Of a DNA stretch of 15,169 nt, positions 8,520-15,169 are shown piece after piece (positions within the stretch are counted from its first letter, which is position 1; each line of letters opens with the position of its first letter). Both the position numbers and the translations under genes were made by a program. The notes beneath the pieces are model-generated. The model did no database searches and had not been told where the DNA came from. It saw only the letters and a program-made list of their open reading frames with translations. Origin of the DNA: Macrostomum lignano (lineage: Eukaryota); assembly GCA_002269645.1 (NCBI GenBank), contig NIVC01003739.1, forward strand, positions 1 through 15,169, in the 5' to 3' direction.

Positions 8520-9334
8520 AGCATTGACATTTCAGTAATTCTCTCTAAGAGTCATTATAGCACTACTACAGCATTATAGCGATTCCCTGCAAGCCTCGAC
8601 ATCGTAGGGATTCCCAAATGAATCTCTTAACTTCGACATGAAGCTTCTTATTTTTTACATTACGCTTTTTCTATCAGCGATCCCTCCCGTGAGGAGCCAA
8701 CAAATAATGAAAAAAAGTTTTCAATAGACTACATGTAGCTTCTGACTTTAGCCTTGACATCTCATTTATTCCCCATGAGCCTTGACATCTCAGCTATTCC
8801 CCTCGTAAGCCTTGAAATGTCAGCAATGCCCCCATAAACCTTGATATCTGAAAAATCCCCTGTTAACCTTGAAACCCGCTAAAATCTAACCCTCAACCCA
8901 CACCGGAACTAAACCTAACTTTAACCCAACCTAGAAAACCTTGAAATCTCAACAATTCTTCTCCCTTAAGCCTTGACATTTTAGTGATTCCTTCTTTAAG
9001 AATCACAGCACTATAACGATTTCCTCCAAGCCTTGACATCGTAGCAATTCCCAAATGAATATTTTAACTTCGATATGACTCTTCTTTTATGTATACATAG
9101 TGCTTCTTTTCTTTTTACATGACTCTTCTTCTATCAGCGCCCCCCCCGTGGCGAGCCAACAAAGAAGGTAATAAAAAAAAAAAAATTGAGTAAACTACAT
9201 GTACTTTGAAGTAGCTTCTGACTTTTGCTTTGACATCTCAGAAACCCCCCCCCCCCTAATCTCAGTTATTCTCCGTGAGCCTTGACATCTCAGTAATTCT
9301 CCCCAGCACAGCACAATAGCTTCATTTAATTTTT

Positions 9335-10878
9335 ACATGACACTTCTTTCATGTCTGACATGACGCTTCTTTTGATTTTTACATGACGCTTCTATGATTT
9401 CTAAAATGACACTTCCATTAGTTTTTATATAAGGCTTCTATGATTTTTTACATGACGCTTCTATGATTTCTTAAATGACACTTCCATTAGTTTTTATATG
9501 TTTTGTAATAAGTTTTGTATAAGTTTTGTAATTTTTACATGACGCTTCTACGATTGTTTACATGACGTTTCTATGATGTTTTTACATGACGCTTCTATGA
9601 TCTTTTACATGACGCTTCTATGATTTTTTACATGACGCTTTTATGATTTTTACATGACGTTTCTATGATTTTTTACATGACGCTTCTATGATTTTTTTAA
9701 ATGACGCTTCTAGTTTTTAAATGACGCTTCTAGATTTTTACATGACGCTTCTATGATTGTTTACATGACGCTTCTATGATTTTTCTACATGACGTTTCTA
9801 TGATTTTTTACATGACGCTTCTATGACTTTTTTACATGACGCTTCTATGATTGTTTACATGACGCTTCTATGATTTTTAATGACGCTTCTATGATTTTTA
9901 TATGACGCTTCTACGATTGTTTACATGACGCTTCTATGATTATTTACATGACGCTTCGATTTTTTACATGACTCTTCTATGATTTTTTACATGACGCTTC
10001 TATGATTGTTTACATGACGCTTCTATGATTGTTTACATGACGCTTCAATGATTTTTAATGACGCATTTATGATTTTTATATGACGCTTCTATGATTTTTA
10101 AATGACGCTTTATGATTTTTACATGACGCTTCTATGATTGTTACATGACACTTCTATGATGTTTACATGACGCTTCTATGATGTTTACATGACGCTTCTA
10201 TGATTTTTTACATGACGCTTCTATGATTGTTTACAGACGCTTCTATGATTGTTTACATGACGCTTCTATGATTTTTTACATGACGCTTCTATGATTTTTT
10301 AAATGACGCTTCTAGTTTTTAAATGACGCTTCTACGATTTTTACATGACGCTTCTATGATTGTTTACATGACGCTTCTATGATTTTTACATGACGTTTCT
10401 ATGATTTTTACATGACGCTTCTATGATTTTTACATGACGCTTCTATGATTGTTTACATGACGCTTCTATGATTTTTTAAATGACGCTTCTATGATTTTTA
10501 TATGACGCTTCTACGATTGTTTACATGACGCTTTATGATTGTTTACATGACGCTTTTATGATTGTTTACATGACGCTTCTATACTTTTTTTACATGACGC
10601 TTCTATGATTTTTATATGACGCTTCTACGATTGTTTACATGACGCTTCTATGATTATTTACATGACGCTTCGATTTTTTTACATGACTCTTCTATGATTT
10701 TTTACATGACGCTTCTATGATTGTTTACATGACGCTTCTATGATTGTTTACATGACGCTTCAATGATTCTTTAAATGACGCATTTATGATTTTTATATGA
10801 CGCTTCTATGATTTTTTAAATGACGCTTCTACGATTTTTTACATGACGCTTCTATGATTTTTACATGACGATTCTTTT
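9335..10878. repeat. Minisatellite B (~1.5 kb)
   Basis: Same 22-23-bp unit; rare variants recur ~600-715 bp apart. Confidence 0.97.
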
Positions 10879-10920
10879 TAAAAAGTCTTTTAGTTTTCCT
10901 GACGTTGAAAAGCTTTAATT

Positions 10921-11001
10921 AAAAAAATTATACACTATGAAAATTCGCACCATCGTCGCTGCATTTAGCAGTTCAGTTTGTTCACCTCTAGGCTAGCTCT
11001 C
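10921..11001 (-). promoter_or_regulatory. tRNA-derived cassette (core2) with mutated B box
   Basis: A-box-like TAGCCTAGAGG is intact; the B box reads GGTGCGAATT instead of GGTTCGAATT; T7 at 10921-10927. Confidence 0.5.
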
Positions 11002-12074
11002 ATCGTTTTGATATCATCAAATTTTTCACTTATATAATTCAACACTCTAAAATCCAAGCATAGAGTAAATCACACGAAGCAGTTATGACATAATCAGTTT
11101 CTCAGTCAGTCAGTATCAGTTAACAATATGGTTACGCAATTTAAATCAAGTCTGGTGCTACGCTTCCACACTGCATTTTCAATTCAAGTCGAAGTTACAA
11201 TTCAGTTATGATGCAATCTATTTCAGAGTCAGAATTCAACCAGTCAGTTTTTTTCTCTAGCATTCTTACGAGCTACAATACATTTCAAGTCGAAAAGTTT
11301 GCTTGACCTTTGCAAAAAAGCATGTTTTTCGAATATTTAATGCCTTTAGCATCGAGCAATTTCTTAGCCACGATGCATGTACAGTCACGGGAAAATTTCT
11401 GATCGAACAGTGCAAGTTCGAACAAAATCGGTCCAGCCATTTTTTCTCTAATCGATCACATAGACACAGACAGACCATTTTTAGTATATTGGACTAGCTA
11501 AAGTTTTGCCCCCTTCGGGGAGCAGAAATAATTAATATTCGTCTAATATAATATACCTTTTAGCAGGAGTACTTTAAGTGTCTTTCTTAAGCTTAAGCTT
11601 AAAATAGGAATTTTTGGAGATCGTTAATAACGCATTTTAGGTAAAACAAAACTATCAACTTTTTACAGTTTTTTAGTTTAGGGCCCTGTATATGTCAACG
11701 TGTTTGATAAAAATTATTTTTATCATTTTTGATAAAAAATGGCCTTCGGGGTGGCCAATAAGCAAGGGACGAATCCTTTTAAATGAAAAAAAATTCTTAG
11801 GGAGGGGGCTAGGAATCGAATTCTCATTTTAATTCCAGGCTTATGTACCAATAAAACATGTTTGTGCAGAATTTTATAACAGACATTGAAATTCAACCAT
11901 ACTTGCCTTCTTTCAGAGCTACTTCTACCAGTATGCTTCAGTACGCTACCAGTACCCTTGTAAGCCTTGACATGTCAGCAATCCCACCCCACAAGCCTTA
12001 ACATATCAACTCCCCCCTTGACATCTCAGCAATGCTCCCACAAGCCTTGAAATCTTAAAAAATCTGTCTATTTT

Positions 12075-12108
12075 CTAACCCTAACCCTAACCCTAACCCT
12101 AACCCTAA
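12075..12108 (-). repeat. Interstitial telomere-type repeat, CTAA(CCCTAA)5
   Basis: Perfect hexamer tandem at the position homologous to 1632-1693. Confidence 0.92.
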
Positions 12109-12386
12109 AGCATTGAAATTTCAGTAATTCTCTCTAAGAGTCTATAGCACTACTACAGCATTATAGCGATTCCCTGCAAGCCTCGACATCGTAGGGATTC
12201 CCAAATGAATCTCTTAACTTTGACATGAAGCTTCTTTTTTTTTACATTACGCTTTTTCTATCAGCGATCCCTCCCGTGAGGAGCCAACAAATAATGTAAT
12301 AACTTTTTTCCAATAAACTACATGTAGCTTCTGACATTAGCCTTGACATCTCATTTATTCCCCGTGAGCCTTGACATCTCAGCTAT

Positions 12387-12402
12387 AGATAGATAGATAG
12401 AT
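12387..12402. repeat. (AGAT)4 microsatellite specific to this linker copy
   Basis: The other two linker copies read CAGCTATTCCCC without it. Confidence 0.85.
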
Positions 12403-12909
12403 TCCCCTCGTAAGCCTTGACATGTCAGCGATGCCCCCCATAAACCTTGAAATCTAAAAAATCCCCTGTTAACCTTGAAACGCGCTAAAATCTAACCCTC
12501 ACCCAAACCTGACGTAAACCTAACTTTCACCCAACCTAAAGCCTTGAAATCACAGCAATTCTTCTTCCCTAAGCCTTGGCATTTAAGTGATTCCTTCTTT
12601 AAGAATCACAGCACTATAACGATTCCCTCCAAGCTTTGACATCGTAGCAATTCCCAAATGAATCTTTTAACTTTGACATGACTTTTATTTTATGTATACA
12701 TGACTCTTCTTCTATCAGCGCCCCCCCCACCGTGGCAAGCCAACAAAGAATGCAATAAAAAACTTAGTAAAGTACATGTACTTTGAAGTAGCTTCTGACT
12801 TTTGCTTTAACATCTCAGAAACCCCCCTGTAATCTCAGTTATTCTCTGTGAGCCTTGACGTCTCAGTAATTCTCCCAGCACAGCACTGTACTATAGCTTC
12901 ATTTAATTT

Positions 12910-13742
12910 TTATATGACATTTCTTTCATGTCTGACATGACGCTTCTTTTGATTTTTACGTTACGCTTCTTTTATTCTTCCATGATGCTTCTTAATTTTT
13001 TAAATGACACACTTTCATTAGTTTTTATATGAGGCTTCTATAATTTTTTCATGACGCTTCTATGCTTGTTTACATGACGCTTGTATGATTTTTACATGAC
13101 GCTTCTATGATTGTTTACATGACGCTTGTATGATTGTTTACATGACGCTTCTATGATTTTTTACATGACGCTTCTATGATTTTTACATGACGCTTCTATG
13201 ATTTTTACATGACGCTTCTATGATTTTTACATGACGCTTCTATGATTTTTACATGACGCTTCTATGATTGTTTACATGACGCTTCTATGATTGTTTACAT
13301 GACGCTTCTATGATTTTAACATGACGCTTCTATGATTTTTTTACATGACGCTTCTATGATTGTTTACATGACGCTTGTATGATTGTTTACATGACGCTTG
13401 TATGATTTTAACATGACGCTTCTATGATTGTTTACATTACGCTTCTATGATTGCTTGCATGACGCTTCTATGATTTTTTATGACGCTTTTATGATTTTAA
13501 CATGACGCTTCTATGATTTTTTACATGACGCTTCTATGATTGTTTACATGACGCTTCTATGATTTTTTACATGACGCTTTTTATGATTTTAACATGACGC
13601 TTCTATGATTGTTTACATTACGCTTCTATGATTTTTACATGACGCTTCTATGATTTTTACATGACGCTTCTATGATTGTTTACATGACGCTTCTATGATT
13701 GTTTACATGACGCTTGTATGATTGTTTACATGACGCTTCCAT
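12910..13742. repeat. Minisatellite B (~0.8 kb)
   Basis: Same unit, with copy-specific variants CGCTTGTATG, TTTTAACATG and ACATTACG. Confidence 0.96.
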
Positions 13743-13776
13743 AATTTTTTTTGTCTTGGCGTTAAAAGCTTTAATT

Positions 13777-13858
13777 AAAAAAACTCTACTCTCTAAAAAT
13801 TCGAACCATCGTCCCTGCATTTAGCAGTTTAGTCTGTTTACTCTAGGCTAGCTCTCAT
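13777..13858 (-). promoter_or_regulatory. tRNA-derived cassette of a truncated core2
   Basis: TAGCCTAGAG A-box-like, CTGCTAA loop, GGTTCGAATT B box, T-run at 13777-13783. Homology with core2 stops at ~13858. Confidence 0.5.
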
Positions 13859-13889
13859 GAATTTTAGTCATTACCCCTAAATAGAAAAT

Positions 13890-14100
13890 ATTCCCAAGAC
13901 AGCAAGCATCCCCCAGTAGCAAGCATCCCCTAATACTCCTAGCAAGCATCCACCCAGATAGCAAGCATCTGCAGATAGCAAGCATCTTGCAGTAGCAAGC
14001 ATCTTGCAGATAGCAAGCATACCCCAAATAATGTAGAAGCATCCTTCCAGATAGCAAGCATCCTGCACATAGCAAGAATCCCTAAATAGCAAGCATCCCT
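13890..14100. repeat. Minisatellite C, short degenerate copy
   Basis: TAGCAAGCATC units. The start (TCCCAAGACAGCAAGCATC) and end (CCTGGATA.AAA..A.CCT.TA) match 4602-4620 and ~5278-5297. Confidence 0.88.
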
Positions 14101-14141
14101 GGATAGAAATAATCCTATACATGTAGCCAAGCTTATCAAGC

Positions 14142-15169
14142 GCAGTAATCCTTGGCTATCGAGTGCAGTAATCCTTGGTTTATTAATAGCAATAATCCAT
14201 GGCTTATCGAGTGCAGTAATCCTTGGTTTATTAATAGCAATAATCCTTGGCTTATCGAGTGCAGTAATTCATGGTTTATTAATAGCAATAATCCTTGGCT
14301 TATCGAGTGCAGTAATCCTTGGTTTATTAATAGCAATAATCCATGGCTTATCGAGTGCAGTAATCCTTGGTTTTGCCAAGAGCAATAATCCTTGGCTTAT
14401 CGAGTGCAGTAATCCTTGTTTATTAATAGCAATAATCCATGGCTTATCGAGTGCAGTAATCCTTGGTTTGCCAAGAGCAATAGTCCTTGGCTTATCGAGT
14501 GCAGTAATCCTTGGTTTGCCAAGAGCAATAGTCTTGGTTTATTGAGTGCAGTAATCCTTGGTTTATTAATAGCAATAGTCCTTGGTTTATTGAGTGCAGT
14601 AATCCTTGGTTTTATTAATAGCAATAATCCATGGCTTATCGAGTGCAGTAATCCTTGGTTGCCAAGAGCAATAGTCCTTGGCTTATCGAGTGCAGTAATC
14701 CTTGGTTTGCCAATGAGCAATATCCTTGGCTTATCGAGTGCAGTAAATCCTTGGTTTGCCAAGTGCATAATCCTTGGTTTATTAATAGCAATAATCCTTG
14801 GCTTATCGAGTGCAGTAATCCTTGGTTTATTAATAGCAATAATCCTTGGTTTATCGAGTGCATTAATCTTGTTTATTAATAGCAATAATCCTTGGCTTAT
14901 CGAGTGCAGTAATCCTTGGTTTATTAATAGCAATAATCCTTGGCTTATCGAGTGCAGTAATCCTTGGTTTATTAATAGCAATATCCTTGGCTATCGAGTG
15001 CAGTAATCCTTGGTTTATTAATAGCAATAATCCTGGTTATCGAGTGCAGTAATCCTTGGTTTAAGAGCAATAGTCCTTGGCTTATCGAGTGCAGTAATCC
15101 TTGGTTTGCCAAGAGCATATAGTCCTTGGTTTATTGAAGTGCAGTAATCCTTGGTTTATAATAGCAATA
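14142..15169. repeat. Minisatellite D, 48-bp dimer of 24-bp subunits, right-truncated
   Basis: GCAGTAATCCTTGGTTTATTAATA (or ...TTTGCCAAGA) alternates with GCAATAATCCTTGGCTTATCGAGT. Confidence 0.96.

Larger units (their letters stand above)
7839..11493 (-). mobile_element. Non-autonomous Helitron-like element, type 2 (3655 bp, both ends present; extra ~420-bp patchwork near the 3' end)
   Basis: 5' TCCAATATACTAAAAATG at 11493; 3' hairpin 7851-7867 + CTAG 7839-7842. Colinear with 1411-4476 except for ~7940-8361. Confidence 0.8.
11494..15169 (-). mobile_element. Chimeric Helitron-like element; 3' end at 11494, 5' end not in the window
   Basis: CTAG 11494-11497 plus hairpin TGCCCCC-TTC-GGGGAGCA (11507-11524). 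Then unique DNA, linker, satellite B, tRNA cassette, satellite C and satellite D, with no intervening TC/CTAG junction. Treating it as one element is inference. Confidence 0.55.

Noticed and set aside
1411-11493. LTR, TIR (MITE) or Helentron-type boundaries
   Set aside because: No TG..CA LTR pairs, terminal inverted repeats, TSDs or obvious subterminal inverted repeats were seen by eye; TC/hairpin/CTAG fits better.
14136-15006. ORFs up to 196 aa on both strands (NPWLIECS and LLLINQG repeats)
   Set aside because: The 24/48-bp period is divisible by 3, so open frames arise automatically; frameshifts fall at random indels.
1-15169. CRISPR array interpretation of the 23-48-bp periodic repeats
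   Set aside because: Units are directly adjacent with no unique spacers, no cas genes are present, and the context is eukaryotic.
1-15169. Assigning a host species
   Set aside because: TTAGGG and low GC fit many lineages; the sequence alone is insufficient. Frequent homopolymer indels may partly be sequencing error.

Overview
AT-rich eukaryotic repetitive DNA with no credible protein-coding gene; nearly all listed ORFs are translations of minisatellites or of repeated non-coding element cores. The window reads best as a head-to-tail array of non-autonomous Helitron-like (rolling-circle) elements on the minus strand. Four junctions (1410/1411, 4476/4477, 7838/7839, 11493/11494) read GC-rich hairpin, 8-10 nt, CTAG, then immediately TC(C/A)(T/A)ATATACTAAAAATG: the 3' end of one element fused to the 5' end of the next. 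Two related subfamilies alternate. Type 1 is core1 + 23-bp satellite A + 17-bp satellite C. Type 2 is core2 + 22/23-bp satellite B + a linker with (TTAGGG)n tracts and extra terminator-like hairpins. Together they give a ~6.4-kb higher-order period. Each core carries a tRNA-derived A-box/B-box cassette followed by a T-run, lying directly upstream of the satellite. The rightmost element appears to be a deletion/fusion chimera with ~430 bp of unique sequence and a 48-bp (2x24) satellite D. All boundaries and alignments were made by eye; the host species and any activity cannot be determined from the sequence.
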